Source: Parcubacteria group bacterium Gr01-1014_13 (GTDB lineage: Bacteria > Patescibacteriota > Patescibacteriia > Magasanikbacterales > GWA2-37-8). From it: a stretch of 64,000 nt of DNA. Shown here in pieces: positions 28,797 to 39,359 of this stretch. How positions within the stretch are numbered: the stretch's first letter is position 1; the number at the start of each line of letters is the position of its first letter. The translations under genes and the position numbers were made by a program. The notes under the pieces were generated by a model. It did not search any database. It was given only the letters and a program-made list of their open reading frames with translations, and was not told where the DNA came from. The stretch is from positions 2,843 to 66,842 of the forward strand of contig VMGB01000002.1 in the NCBI GenBank assembly GCA_007376295.1, read 5' to 3'.

Positions 28797-29081
28797 TTAT
28801 TTAACAGGGTCAACCCCACCTTTAGTCCAAGGATTACAACGCAAAATACGCCAAGCTGTTTTGAGGATACCGATTATTAGGCCGTATTTCTGGATACTTT
28901 GGTAGCCATATTCACTACAAGTAGGGTAAAACCGGCAATAACCGTGCGGAAAAGCAGCTTTAAACAAGCCATGATCCGGAGAGATAGTATTTTGATAGAA
29001 TTTTATTAATAACAAAATTGGTTTTCTTGGCAGAGTTAAGAGAAAATGTACTATTTTATTACTCATACGCTTTATATTCAC
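28797..29081 (-). CDS. yidD: Membrane protein insertion efficiency factor YidD
   Basis: [30 protein letters not shown]. Confidence 0.93.
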   Translation of the reverse strand: MNIKRMSNKIVHFLLTLPRKPILLLIKFYQNTISPDHGLFKAAFPHGYCRFYPTCSEYGYQSIQKYGLIIGILKTAWRILRCNPWTKGGVDPVK

Positions 29082-29128
29082 CCCCTGAATTTACAGAATT
29101 TATCCGCTTCACGGAGAACGATAAATAT

Positions 29129-29524
29129 CTATGCTTTTAAAACTTTCCCGCGGCTTAACAATAACTTCAATTCTGCGCTAATCTCTGCATAATTTTTATC
29201 CAAAACTTCCTTTTTTGCCACTATTAAAACATAAAAACCAATTTTTAATAGATTATCCTTAATTAGAAGCCGGATGGCTTCCCTGATCTGCCGGCGCACC
29301 CGATTCCGCTTTACAGCGCTTTTATGCACCTTTAAACCGGCTGCAATGGCTAACTTTAGCTGTTTTTTGAAACTTTCCGGATCTTCTTTTTTGGGAAAAA
29401 AGTTTTGATTCTTGGCTAACTCTAATACTTTGATATCCAAAAACCGGCCATTTACCCATTGGCCATGCTTCATTACCAAGTTAAAGTCTCTTAATTTCCT
29501 TAGTCGGTTGTCTTGCTGTAACAT
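29129..29524 (-). CDS. rnpA: Ribonuclease P protein component
   Basis: KVHKSAVKRNRVRRQIRE RNR motif; synteny. Confidence 0.93.
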   Translation of the reverse strand: MLQQDNRLRKLRDFNLVMKHGQWVNGRFLDIKVLELAKNQNFFPKKEDPESFKKQLKLAIAAGLKVHKSAVKRNRVRRQIREAIRLLIKDNLLKIGFYVLIVAKKEVLDKNYAEISAELKLLLSRGKVLKA

Positions 29525-29575
29525 ATCTACAATATTACCATAATAAAACCCGCTTTAGAAGCGGGTCTTATGTTA

Positions 29576-29755
29576 TTAACGTGTTTTTCTAGTTCTCTTT
29601 CCCTTTCTCTCGTCAGAAACCGTAAGTTTCTTTCGTCCTTTTAGGCGTCTGCGGCTTAAAACTCCGCGTCCACCTTTAGTTTTCATTCTAGCGCGAAAAC
29701 CATGGGACTTAGCTCGCTTTCTTTTCTTTGGTTGATAGGTTCTCTTTGTTGACAT
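29576..29755 (-). CDS. rpmH: 50S ribosomal protein L34 (not on ORF track)
   Basis: [47 protein letters not shown] plus basic extension. Confidence 0.96.
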   Translation of the reverse strand: MSTKRTYQPKKRKRAKSHGFRARMKTKGGRGVLSRRRLKGRKKLTVSDERKGKRTRKTR

Positions 29756-29984
29756 ATTTTTAAAAGACCATTAAGATTTACAGAGAGATTATACGTCACT
29801 TTTTAAACTCTGTCAAGCCGGTAAGAAAAATTTCCCACACCTATCCCCAGTTCATCCCCATTCTTTCCCCTCACATCTTTTCTTCACTATTGGTCCTTAT
29901 TTCTTACTGTGATAGAATTAAATTTCCGAAGAACTCTTAGGGCGCTTCTAAAAATTTTAACTCTCTACTTTTTCAACCTCGTTT

Positions 29985-31379
29985 ATGTCCAACCACGAAA
30001 TATGGCAAGCTGTTCTGGCAGAGCTAGAATTGTCTATTTCTAAACCAAATTTTGTAACTTGGTTTAAAAATACTGACATAATCTCCTACCAAGATGGCTG
30101 TGCTGTCGTGTGTGTTCCCAATGAATTTAATCGTGCCTGGATGGAAAAAAAATACAATCAAATGATTGTTAAATCTCTGGAGAGAGTAACCGGAAAACCG
30201 ATAAAAAAACTTGAGTATAAAATCTGTAGTATTAAAAATATCCCTGCTCAACAACCGGTTAGTCAACAGGAAAACAAAGTTGAAGAATTTTCCACTATTT
30301 CTACAAGTTCTGCTCCAAGTGAAGCAGCCGTTCCGCCGCGAATAGGTGAATTTGGTTTAAATCAAAAATATGTTTTTGAAACTTTTGTAGTTGGCGGCGG
30401 TTCCGAACTAGCTTATGCTGCCGCTCAAGCGGTGGTAAACAAACCCGGCGAAGCTTACAACCCGTTATTTATCTATGGCGGTGTCGGATTAGGTAAAACT
30501 CATCTTATCCAAGCTATTGGTAATCATATTTTAGCTGTCCGGCCCCAAACCAGTATCATGTATGCTAGCGCCGAGAAGTTTACCAACGACTATATCTCTT
30601 CAATGCGCGATGGTAGCGCTAAAAATTTTCAAAACAGATACCGCAACATCGATGTTTTACTTATCGACGACATTCAATTCATTTCTGGTAAAGAAAAAAG
30701 CCAGGAATCTTTCTTCCATACCTTCAATGACTTACACCAACAGAACAAGCAGGTGGTAATGACCTCTGACAGGCCACCAAAAGCCATTCCTGCCCTAGAA
30801 GACCGCTTAAAATCACGTTTTGAGTGGGGTATGATTGTAGATGTGGCTCCACCAGACCTAGAGACACGCATCGCTATTTTACAAAAAAAGTGTCTAGAAA
30901 AGAGTTTTGCTCTGGCCCAAAACATTTTACAAGTAGTAGCCGCCACCTTCCAACGAAACATCCGTGAATTAGAAGGTGCGTTAAACAAAATTATCGCTTT
31001 CCACCAACTAAAGGCTATGGAACCGACTCTAGAATCGGTAAAATCACTTCTTTCTAGTTTAGAAGTACGATCTATCCACCGTTCAGTCACACCCCAACAG
31101 ATTATAGATGCGGCTAGTCAGTTCTACGCGATAAATATTTCCGACCTACTTGGCCAAAGCAGAGAAAAAAAGTTCTCCTTCCCTCGCCAAATCATTATGC
31201 ACTTGATGAGAAAAGAACTTAGTATGTCTTATCCAGCCATCGGCAACGAACTTGGCGGCCGAGATCACACCACAGCTATGCACGCTGATAATAAAATAAC
31301 TCGTGAATCAGAAAATGATTTGAAATTGAAACAAGAAATAGAGTTAATAAAACAAAAATTGTATATAAACATGATGTAA
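29985..31379 (+). CDS. dnaA: Chromosomal replication initiator DnaA
   Basis: YNPLFIYGGVGLGKTHL, LLIDDIQF, RELEGAL, GGRDHTT. Confidence 0.99.
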   Translation: MSNHEIWQAVLAELELSISKPNFVTWFKNTDIISYQDGCAVVCVPNEFNRAWMEKKYNQMIVKSLERVTGKPIKKLEYKICSIKNIPAQQPVSQQENKVEEFSTISTSSAPSEAAVPPRIGEFGLNQKYVFETFVVGGGSELAYAAAQAVVNKPGEAYNPLFIYGGVGLGKTHLIQAIGNHILAVRPQTSIMYASAEKFTNDYISSMRDGSAKNFQNRYRNIDVLLIDDIQFISGKEKSQESFFHTFNDLHQQNKQVVMTSDRPPKAIPALEDRLKSRFEWGMIVDVAPPDLETRIAILQKKCLEKSFALAQNILQVVAATFQRNIRELEGALNKIIAFHQLKAMEPTLESVKSLLSSLEVRSIHRSVTPQQIIDAASQFYAINISDLLGQSREKKFSFPRQIIMHLMRKELSMSYPAIGNELGGRDHTTAMHADNKITRESENDLKLKQEIELIKQKLYINMM

Positions 31380-31660
31380 AAAGTTAACAACCTGGGGATA
31401 ACAAATGTATAAGTGTAAAAATTTATTAACTTTTCACACACTTACGAGATAAGTTATAAACACCAACTGAAAAAATAAATTTCTTTCCACACACTTTATA
31501 GATTTATCCTCAACAAGTTTTGCACTGATAAAAAAATAAAAAACGTTTAGATTACAGTAAAAAAATAGTTTTACCACCTTATCCACTCCATTATAGTTAC
31601 GATTATAATTTATAAATAAATATTTAGACAATATAACGATGCAAATAAAATGAATAAAAA
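31380..31660. other. Probable oriC
   Basis: Near-consensus DnaA boxes at 31393, 31430, 31483, 31504 and 31579, then an AT-rich DUE-like tract; skew change; between dnaA and dnaN. Confidence 0.8.
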
Positions 31661-31707
31661 ACCCGCTGGTTGGCGGGTAAGGTAACAAATAACTAAATTG
31701 TGTGCTG

Positions 31708-32004
31708 CTAGCGGTGACGACCGTTGTTGACTCGCCAGTAGCTGGCGCCGCGACTCTCACGACGCAGATCGCCGTCGCGGAGCCTGGCATCCTTGCGGAG
31801 GCCGACGGTGCGCGGGGAGGTCTGAGGATTGAACTCCCTCAGGTAGATACCCCGTTCGGAGACGTCTTCCACGATGTTGTGGAAGTGGTCGTCCTCGATG
31901 TCTTCAATGAGCTTGAGGGTATGGTCGGGGATCCAGCGGAAGCGACGGTTGACCTGGAAGTTGCCTTCGGGGTCGGCGGACGCGATCATCGTATCCTGCA
32001 GCAT
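31708..32004 (-). CDS. GC-rich hypothetical protein inserted between oriC and dnaN
   Basis: TTGACA promoter at about 32085, purine-rich SD, terminator 31655-31680; C/G-ending codons. Confidence 0.65.
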   Translation of the reverse strand: MLQDTMIASADPEGNFQVNRRFRWIPDHTLKLIEDIEDDHFHNIVEDVSERGIYLREFNPQTSPRTVGLRKDARLRDGDLRRESRGASYWRVNNGRHR

Positions 32005-32107
32005 CTAGAGATCCTTCCTGTAAAAGTGTGGTTTTTAGCCAAAATGGCTGGAGCAGATAATATCACAAAAACACGATTTTGTCAATATATAACAATAATC
32101 TACCTAT

Positions 32108-33229
32108 ATGAAATTCTTTTGTACTAGAGAAAACCTATCTAAAGCCTTAGCGCTAGTAATCGGTATAGCTGGAAAAAGCATTAATTTGCCTATACTTAGC
32201 AATGTTTTGATCCGGGCTAGTGAACAAAAAGTGGAATTTATTGCCACCAACCTGGAATTGGCTATAGTTTCCAATTTACGGGCTAAAATAGAAGAACCAG
32301 GGATGTTTACTGTCCCAGCCAGAACGCTAAACGACTTTGTAAACCTGCTTTCTGATGAAAAAGTAGAATTAAGACTAAAGGATAATGAGTTAGAGGTGGT
32401 TAGTGGTAAGTCGGCTACAAAGATAAAAGGTACTCCAGCAGATGAGTTTCCGGTTGTGCCGGTAGTTGGAGAGGGTAAAGGATATTTAATCGATGCAGAG
32501 GCCTTTAAAAGAGGTTTAGGACAGGTATCACAGGCTGCGGCCAAGACCGAGATTCGTCCAGAGTTGGCTGGAGTACTGTTTTGTTTTAATGATGAACCAA
32601 ACACTCTTACTATGGCCGCCACAGACAGTTATCGTTTGGCTGAAAAAAAGATAAAACTATTACAAGGTGAAGAAAAGGCGAGAATAATAATCCCTGCCCG
32701 TACAGCGCAGGAGATAAATCATATCCTATCTTTGTCAAAGGGTATGGAAAATGAAAAAAATGTCCGTTTACTAGTTACTGATAGTCAGGTAGTACTACGC
32801 TGTAACGAGGTGGAGTTAGTTTCTCGGTTGGTAGAGGGGCAATATCCGGATTATACCCAGATTATTCCAAAAGAATTCAAAACAGTGGCCGAATTTTCAA
32901 CAAATCAAATTACTAAAGAGATAAAAGCGGCTAGTTTGTTTACTACGACCGGTGTAAATGCGGTGAATTTTGATTTTGACACTGCCGCTGGCGCTATTTT
33001 AATCTCTTCTACATCTACCCAGACCGGCGAACACAAATCTGAAGTTACGTCGGATATTAAAGGAGATAAAAATAATATATTACTCAACCATAGATATGTT
33101 TTGGATGGTTTAGCAAATATCGATACGGAAAACTCTTTATTGAAAGTGATTAACGCAGACAGTCCTTGTGTTTTTGCGCCGAAGGAAGATAAAAATTTCG
33201 TTTATATTGTGATGCCGATTCGGCAGTAG
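32108..33229 (+). CDS. dnaN: DNA polymerase III beta clamp
   Basis: LPILSNVL, ATNLE, ATDSYRLA, GQYPDY, VMPIR. Confidence 0.98.
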   Translation: MKFFCTRENLSKALALVIGIAGKSINLPILSNVLIRASEQKVEFIATNLELAIVSNLRAKIEEPGMFTVPARTLNDFVNLLSDEKVELRLKDNELEVVSGKSATKIKGTPADEFPVVPVVGEGKGYLIDAEAFKRGLGQVSQAAAKTEIRPELAGVLFCFNDEPNTLTMAATDSYRLAEKKIKLLQGEEKARIIIPARTAQEINHILSLSKGMENEKNVRLLVTDSQVVLRCNEVELVSRLVEGQYPDYTQIIPKEFKTVAEFSTNQITKEIKAASLFTTTGVNAVNFDFDTAAGAILISSTSTQTGEHKSEVTSDIKGDKNNILLNHRYVLDGLANIDTENSLLKVINADSPCVFAPKEDKNFVYIVMPIRQ

Positions 33230-33252
33230 GTTTAATAAAATATTTTTAAATT

Positions 33253-33759
33253 ATGGACGAAGATACTAATAAATCAGTAGAGCAACAATTTGCTAAAATG
33301 CTAGCAGATCGGGAGTGGAATGATGTTAAGTATTCAAATGATAGGGAAAATAAAGTTTCAGATCAAATGATGGCTACGGAGGTGCAGGCATCTGCTATTT
33401 TTATAACGCTTCTGGGGGTTTTTCTTGGGAAGGGGGAAGGTTTGGTGTTTCTCGATAAATTATTTTTAGTGGTTGGAATTCTTTTGTTTGCTATAAGTAT
33501 TGTTTTTGGAATTTTGGGTTTTTATATTAAAGAATTGTTTTGGAAAGGTATGGCAAAAAAATATAATCTTTCTAGTTCAGAATGGGTTGAAGTTTGGAGA
33601 GGGAGATCAAAAGAGGAACATGCGTTAAAATTTGTGCAATTTATTAGAAATGGTGTTACTTACAATCAGTCACCATCCTGGCCGGTATTACTACAAATAG
33701 TCTTCTTTTTTCTTGGGTTAGTATTGTCTTTTATTGGTTTGGTCAGCGGTAGTTTTTAG
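33253..33759 (+). CDS. Hypothetical three-TM protein
   Basis: Hydrophobic segments. Confidence 0.65.
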   Translation: MDEDTNKSVEQQFAKMLADREWNDVKYSNDRENKVSDQMMATEVQASAIFITLLGVFLGKGEGLVFLDKLFLVVGILLFAISIVFGILGFYIKELFWKGMAKKYNLSSSEWVEVWRGRSKEEHALKFVQFIRNGVTYNQSPSWPVLLQIVFFFLGLVLSFIGLVSGSF

Positions 33760-33866
33760 AGGTGTATCTTCTGAAAAAATTAAAAAATATACCCAGAACG
33801 GGGTGTTTAATATTGACACCGCGTTATATTTTTGTTATACATAAACTAACCTCAGTAGGAGAAATC

Positions 33867-34157
33867 ATGCCCGTTAAACAGAAGTGGAAGACGTTTTTCT
33901 TTGACTCCAACACATGGTTTGATGTGGTGGAAACACCGGACAAATTTAAAGATTTGTTGTACACGCATAATGGTAATCTAGAAGAAATTCTTGGTTCGAA
34001 GCGTTCGGTGATGTCAGAAGAGAAAAAACATACCGATGAAATGCCAAGGTTTGGTAATCGCCGTGAGCATGTTGGCGGTAAGCAAACTCTTGGTGAATGG
34101 TTAAAAGAAAACAAAATTGATTTGGGGTTTTTAAAATCCCAGAAAAGGAAAAAATAA
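33867..34157 (+). CDS. Hypothetical protein
   Basis: AGGAG SD before MPVKQKW; TTGACA at 33813. Confidence 0.6.
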   Translation: MPVKQKWKTFFFDSNTWFDVVETPDKFKDLLYTHNGNLEEILGSKRSVMSEEKKHTDEMPRFGNRREHVGGKQTLGEWLKENKIDLGFLKSQKRKK

Positions 34158-34426
34158 TGCGTAAAGGAAGAGGGTTGGTTGAAGTGGAAATTTATGACGA
34201 GCTCCTTAAGATTACTGGTTGCGCAAAAATTCTTTTGGATAACATTTGTAATCACAGAGAAAATCCAAAAACAAAAAAGTTGTGCGCGGAAATTAATGAG
34301 GAAGCTTGGCCACAGGTTAAGAAGATGGTCGCAGACTTCAAGCGTCTAAAGGCACAAAAAAAGAAGACGTCTCCAGAACAACTTCCATCACCAGTTGAGG
34401 GTAAATACTCGGTAAGACGAAGATAA
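34157..34426 (+). CDS. Hypothetical protein
   Basis: TAATG coupling to the upstream ORF. Confidence 0.55.
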   Translation: MRKGRGLVEVEIYDELLKITGCAKILLDNICNHRENPKTKKLCAEINEEAWPQVKKMVADFKRLKAQKKKTSPEQLPSPVEGKYSVRRR

Positions 34427-34470
34427 GGAGAAAGAAAATTTAGGCAGCTAAAAAATAGCTGTCTGTTTTA

Positions 34471-37320
34471 TTATGATTCTATATTGACACTCAAAACCTT
34501 TTCGACAGTTTGTCCTGAGTTACCTGTTAAAATTGCTCTGAGGGTATGTAAGCCAGCTGCAGGCGCATTTTTCCAAGTAAATATTAATTGGTTATTGGTT
34601 AGATTGTCCTCTTTATGATTGAAATTGTAAATTAATTTTGGCGTACCAGTTTCAGAAGAAAGATAGATATCAATTTGTTTGGTATCTTCCCAGCGGAATG
34701 GATTTATACTCATGCTGCGAGGAAATTCTTCCGGACTTAGTGTTACTGAACTGCCATCAGCCCAATCAAAATTTGGCGGATCAAATTCTGCTTGCAAAGC
34801 AAAATTAACACTTTTTTGGGTGCTGTTGTTTTGGTCGTCAATCGCTACCGCGCTTAAAGTATGGGGGCCTTTTAATAGCGCTTGGGCGTAGTAAGAAAAG
34901 TTAAAAGGAAACTCCGTAACTTCGCCAATGGAATGTCCATCTAATTGGTACATAACTTTTTTGACTCCACGCGCTGAGCTGGCGCTTACTTGAATATCGA
35001 TAGTGCGCGAATTTAATATTGCGCCTTCGGTTGGAGAAATAAATTCTAGAGTTGGTACCAAGTCAGAAGAATTTGGGTCGTCATACTGAGTTGGTGGTTC
35101 TTCTAGTGTTATGCTTCCTCCCAAGCCATTTGCCCAAGCGTGTAGACCGGCTTCCCAAGCCATATATTGTGGATCATCAGCTGGAAAAGCTGGATAAGGT
35201 CCGCGTGGATCGTCTTTAATCACATAATGCAAAATATCATGAGGTGGTAAATAGGTGCGTTGGACAATTAAACTTTCCGGAGTAGATGAACTGGCTATTT
35301 TTCCAGTTTCGGAATTTATATTCAAAGTAATACCGCCGCTACCACCTCGTAGTACTGGTTTGGTAGCATCATTTGGCAGTGGGGCTGGGAAATATTCCGG
35401 CTGAGTACCCTTTAATGATTCACGCATGAATTTATTCCAAATTGTACCGGCTAACGCGTTACCACCAGCTTTCATTGGTGAAGGAATTGTGTTGCCCACC
35501 CAGACACCAACAGCCAGTGATGGCACATACCCCATAGTCCAGGCATCCTTATTGTCATTGGTAGTACCGGTTTTAGCTGCGACTGGGCGATCTGGAAGAG
35601 TAAGGTTGCCACGAGCGCCGAAAATAAAGGCGCGTTGTACATCGTCGCTAAGAACATCCGAAATTGTAGCGGCAAGTTCTGGTGTTACTGCCTCTTGTTC
35701 GCTAGCCGGTGTCCATTCGTAGAGGGTTTCGTCAGCACTGTTGGTAATTTTCAAAACACTGGCGGGTTCTTTGTATGCACCATTGTTGGCCAAAGTGGCA
35801 TAACCGTTGGTGTGTTCTAATAAATTTACTTCCTCACCACCTAAAACTAACCCTAAACCAGATACTCCGGTAAAAGTACTGTAGCCAAATTTTTTGGCAA
35901 AGTTTATAGTATTTTTTGTGCCTACTAAATAAAGGGTTTTTACGGCCGGAATGTTTAGTGATCCTTGCAGGGCGCGGCGCATAGTAACTAAACCGTGGCT
36001 TTTGCCATCATAATTTTTCGGAGTGAAATTTTCACCGGCGCGCGCATCAAAATTTGTAGTAACATCGTAGAGAACAGTTTCTGGAGTGTAGCCTTTTTCA
36101 AAGGCGGCAGTATAAACAAAAGGTTTAAAAGAAGAACCAGGCTGACGTTTGCCGAGCGTAGCTACATTGAATTGGCCATTGATATCTTCGTTGTTGTAAT
36201 CACGTGAACCTACCATTGCCAAAATTTGCGCAGTTTTTGGATCTATAGCCACAAGTGCAGCATTGTTGGCGTTGGCATTCTTTGCATTCTTATCTCCCAA
36301 TTCTTTTACAATAGCTTCTGCACTTTTTTGTTTATCATAATCAAGGGTGGTGATTACTTTTAATCCGCCCTCATCGATTGTTCTCTCACCGAATCTGTCA
36401 GCCAAAAGTTGTTTTACATAAAGTACAAAGTGCGGCGCGTCCATAGGTCCGCCACTGCGGAAAATTCGCAGTGCTGCGCCCTGCGCTTCTTTTTTTTCTG
36501 CTTCGGTGATGTATCCTTGATCATGCATTAAAGCCAAAACCAAATCGCGGCGATCGCGCAACGCGTCTAAATTATTTAAATATTTACTTGGAGCTTTTGG
36601 TATGGCTGCTAAAGTAGCGCTTTCGGCTAAATTTAATTCCGCAGCTGTTTTATGGAAATATGATTGGCTGGCCGCCTCTATACCGTAGTTGGTGGAGCCG
36701 TAAGGAATTTCGTTTAAGTATAATTTTAGGATTTGATCTTTGGTATATTTTTTTTCTAGACGAATAGCCAGAATCGCTTCCTTTAATTTTCTAAAGTAGC
36801 CTGCGAAACCTCTGCGTTCATCGCCGACAATCGCGTTTTTAATAAGTTGTTGGGTAAGGGTGGAGGCTCCTCCCGAACCGGCTTTGCGTCCAATTAAGTT
36901 GTTAAATCCGGCCCGGATAATACTTTTGACCTGTATACCGCCATGCTCATAAAAATTTTTGTCTTCTACGGCTACAGTGGCTTTTAGCGCTGAGGTGGCA
37001 ATTTTATCTAACTCAACTAAAGTTCTCTTTTGGTTTTGATAAACTTCATAAAGCATGTGCTCGCCAGTGCGATCGTAGATTTTTGTGCTTTGGGAGACTT
37101 GGCGGTCATTTAATCTGTTTGGGTCAGGCAAGTCCCGGCTTACCCAGGCAACAAGGATTGTACCGATAACAAAAAGAATAGTTGCACCTATTAAGGCGGC
37201 TTGGGAAATAAGTTTTATTAGCTTTTTTCTGTTATGGGCAGCCTTTTCTTTGCGGGGAGCTGGTTCGGTATCAGGGAGCCGTCCATAATGTCGGGATTGG
37301 TGTAATTGGGGAATTGGCAT
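34471..37320 (-). CDS. Class A penicillin-binding protein with C-terminal Ig-like domains
   Basis: EDKNFYEH, GASTLTQQL, RKLKE, GSSFKP, SLN, KTGT. Confidence 0.96.
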   Translation of the reverse strand: MPIPQLHQSRHYGRLPDTEPAPRKEKAAHNRKKLIKLISQAALIGATILFVIGTILVAWVSRDLPDPNRLNDRQVSQSTKIYDRTGEHMLYEVYQNQKRTLVELDKIATSALKATVAVEDKNFYEHGGIQVKSIIRAGFNNLIGRKAGSGGASTLTQQLIKNAIVGDERRGFAGYFRKLKEAILAIRLEKKYTKDQILKLYLNEIPYGSTNYGIEAASQSYFHKTAAELNLAESATLAAIPKAPSKYLNNLDALRDRRDLVLALMHDQGYITEAEKKEAQGAALRIFRSGGPMDAPHFVLYVKQLLADRFGERTIDEGGLKVITTLDYDKQKSAEAIVKELGDKNAKNANANNAALVAIDPKTAQILAMVGSRDYNNEDINGQFNVATLGKRQPGSSFKPFVYTAAFEKGYTPETVLYDVTTNFDARAGENFTPKNYDGKSHGLVTMRRALQGSLNIPAVKTLYLVGTKNTINFAKKFGYSTFTGVSGLGLVLGGEEVNLLEHTNGYATLANNGAYKEPASVLKITNSADETLYEWTPASEQEAVTPELAATISDVLSDDVQRAFIFGARGNLTLPDRPVAAKTGTTNDNKDAWTMGYVPSLAVGVWVGNTIPSPMKAGGNALAGTIWNKFMRESLKGTQPEYFPAPLPNDATKPVLRGGSGGITLNINSETGKIASSSTPESLIVQRTYLPPHDILHYVIKDDPRGPYPAFPADDPQYMAWEAGLHAWANGLGGSITLEEPPTQYDDPNSSDLVPTLEFISPTEGAILNSRTIDIQVSASSARGVKKVMYQLDGHSIGEVTEFPFNFSYYAQALLKGPHTLSAVAIDDQNNSTQKSVNFALQAEFDPPNFDWADGSSVTLSPEEFPRSMSINPFRWEDTKQIDIYLSSETGTPKLIYNFNHKEDNLTNNQLIFTWKNAPAAGLHTLRAILTGNSGQTVEKVLSVNIES

Positions 37321-37512
37321 AATTTTATTGATTTTTTCCCCGCCAAAGCGGAATTCTCCTTCGGGGAACCCTGATATTCTATACCAAGTGGTCAGATTTT
37401 ACCAGTCCTCTGACTCTGTCCGAATGATTGACAAAAAGCTCAATTTATGGTATGATTCTCCGTTAATTCATTGAAGGTATCCCTAAGGGGTACTTTCGTT
37501 AAATAACGAATT

Positions 37513-38067
37513 ATGAGCATGGTTAACACGAAATCTGCCACGATTACCTTGCAAATTGCCATTAATTTGGCAGTTTTAGGAGCTGTAATTAGCCAAATTG
37601 CCCTTCCGCTGGTAGTAAAAGCTAATGTTAGCACAGAAATGCCTAAGATTAGTCCAGATACTGTATTTCAGAAGCCAACTTTCATAAAACTTCCATCTGC
37701 CCCTACTAAACTCGGATTACGACCAGCAGATAGGGAAGTACCTGATAGGGTAATTACCAAAGCTGTAATTACTGCCTATACCAGTACCCCTGACCAGACT
37801 GATGATTCTCCGTTTATTGCTGCTTCTGGTAAAAGAGTACATGATGGTATGATTGCCGCCAACGGTTTACCGTTTGGTACCAGAGTCAAAATCCCAGCTG
37901 TTTATGGTGAAAAGATCTTTGTGGTCGAAGACCGCATGAATCGTCGCTATGGATACGGACGTTTTGATGTTTGGTTGGATACAACCAGAGCTGAAGCCAG
38001 AAAGTTTGGCGTGAAGCGAGTGGAGGTAGAAATATTCTATCCGGAGAAAATGGTTGCTAAGAAATAA
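37513..38067 (+). CDS. 3D-domain (MltA-like) protein
   Basis: ITAYTS..QTD, IAANGLPFGT, VEDR, FDVW. Confidence 0.88.
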   Translation: MSMVNTKSATITLQIAINLAVLGAVISQIALPLVVKANVSTEMPKISPDTVFQKPTFIKLPSAPTKLGLRPADREVPDRVITKAVITAYTSTPDQTDDSPFIAASGKRVHDGMIAANGLPFGTRVKIPAVYGEKIFVVEDRMNRRYGYGRFDVWLDTTRAEARKFGVKRVEVEIFYPEKMVAKK

Positions 38068-38075
38068 TACTTAAT

Positions 38076-38113
38076 AAAACAAAAAAGACCCATTATGGGT
38101 CTTTTTTGTTTTA
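38076..38113. terminator. Bidirectional terminator
   Basis: AAAACAAAAAAGACCC-ATTAT-GGGTCTTTTTTGTTTT. Confidence 0.85.
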
Positions 38114-38122
38114 TTTTAAAAT

Positions 38123-38857
38123 TTATTTCTCCACGATTTCAATCGAAAGAATTTTTACTGGATTAACGGGTTTAGAATTTTCACCGGATGAACTCATAGT
38201 TACTTGAGCCATAGCAATTTTATCGACTACATCCAGACCTTTGGTAACTTTTCCAAAAATTACATAATTTGGCGGCAATGGATAATCATCATGCATGATG
38301 AAAAATTGACTGCCATTAGTATTTGGTCCGGAGTTGGCCATAGCCAAAGTGCCGCGTAAGTATTCACCGGTAAATGGCTCGTCATTAAATTTATATCCTG
38401 GTCCGCCTTTGCCAGTTCCTTCTGGATCGCCACCTTGAATCATAAATCCTTTTATTACGCGGTGGAAAATAGTGTTGTCGTAGAAATTTTTCTTGGACAG
38501 GAACACAAAATTGTTTACAGTTTCCGGTGTCATGCTTGCATTCAAAGCAATTTCCATTTCTCCGGCGGTTGTTTTCATTTTGGCGGTGTAAGTTTTCTTT
38601 TGATCGATAATCATAATCGGAATTTTGTATATAGATAAATCCATATTTAATTTGCTTTTAGGGGTGTTGTCTACGGTAGAAGTTGTGCTGGTAGAGTTTG
38701 GTGCAGTTACGTTCATATCGGTTGAGGTAGGCTGGGAAGTTTGGGTGCTGGTAGTTTCTGTAGCCGGTTGTGGTGATGCGGCCTTTTGTTTACGGTATAA
38801 GTAAGCTCCGCCAACCAAAACTGCTACAACGAGCAGGAAAATAAATGCTTTTTTCAT
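38123..38857 (-). CDS. Membrane-anchored cyclophilin-type PPIase
   Basis: FHRVIKGFMIQGGDP, AMANSGPNTNGSQFFI. Confidence 0.95.
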   Translation of the reverse strand: MKKAFIFLLVVAVLVGGAYLYRKQKAASPQPATETTSTQTSQPTSTDMNVTAPNSTSTTSTVDNTPKSKLNMDLSIYKIPIMIIDQKKTYTAKMKTTAGEMEIALNASMTPETVNNFVFLSKKNFYDNTIFHRVIKGFMIQGGDPEGTGKGGPGYKFNDEPFTGEYLRGTLAMANSGPNTNGSQFFIMHDDYPLPPNYVIFGKVTKGLDVVDKIAMAQVTMSSSGENSKPVNPVKILSIEIVEK

Positions 38858-38917
38858 GTTAATTTAATTAAATTTTAATTGTTAGAATTGTAACAGGAAC
38901 AAATTTTTTTAGCAAAT

Positions 38918-39358
38918 TTATTCAACTTTTTTTGTTTTTAAGCCGAATAGATATATTACTAGTCCTCCCACTATCAACACATCACCTAAATTTATTATAG
39001 CCGTACCGATTAAAAAATAATCTATTACCTGATGGTAAATTATTCTATCAAGCAAATTGGAGATTGATCCAGCCAGCAACATAGACCAAGCTAATAAAAG
39101 TTTTGGCGTATTTAAATTTTTATAAAATAAATAAGTGATCAGTCCGATCATCGGCAGAGTGATTAGGATAGTAAAAATATTTGACAGTGGCAAACCAAAA
39201 GCTACGCCTTTGTTTAAGAAAAGTTGCCAGCCAAAGTAGGGAAAAATTAATTTTGTTGTAGTCCAATGATAAAAGGCTTGAAATTTTAAAATTTGGTCTG
39301 TTAACAAAAAAAGCCCGCTGAAAATAATTATTATCAAACGAGCTTTTTTCGGAGACAT
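38918..39358 (-). CDS. lspA: Lipoprotein signal peptidase II
   Basis: NKGVAFG, SNLLDRI, VIDY, NLGD. Confidence 0.85.
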   Translation of the reverse strand: MSPKKARLIIIIFSGLFLLTDQILKFQAFYHWTTTKLIFPYFGWQLFLNKGVAFGLPLSNIFTILITLPMIGLITYLFYKNLNTPKLLLAWSMLLAGSISNLLDRIIYHQVIDYFLIGTAIINLGDVLIVGGLVIYLFGLKTKKVE

Positions 39359-39359
39359 A

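Noticed and set aside
31702-32127. 141-aa plus-strand ORF
   Set aside because: Antisense shadow of the GC-rich minus ORF, which has the promoter, SD and terminator.
37330-37372. Twin small hairpins upstream of the PBP gene as a riboswitch
   Set aside because: Too short and no recognisable aptamer; more like a REP-type palindrome.
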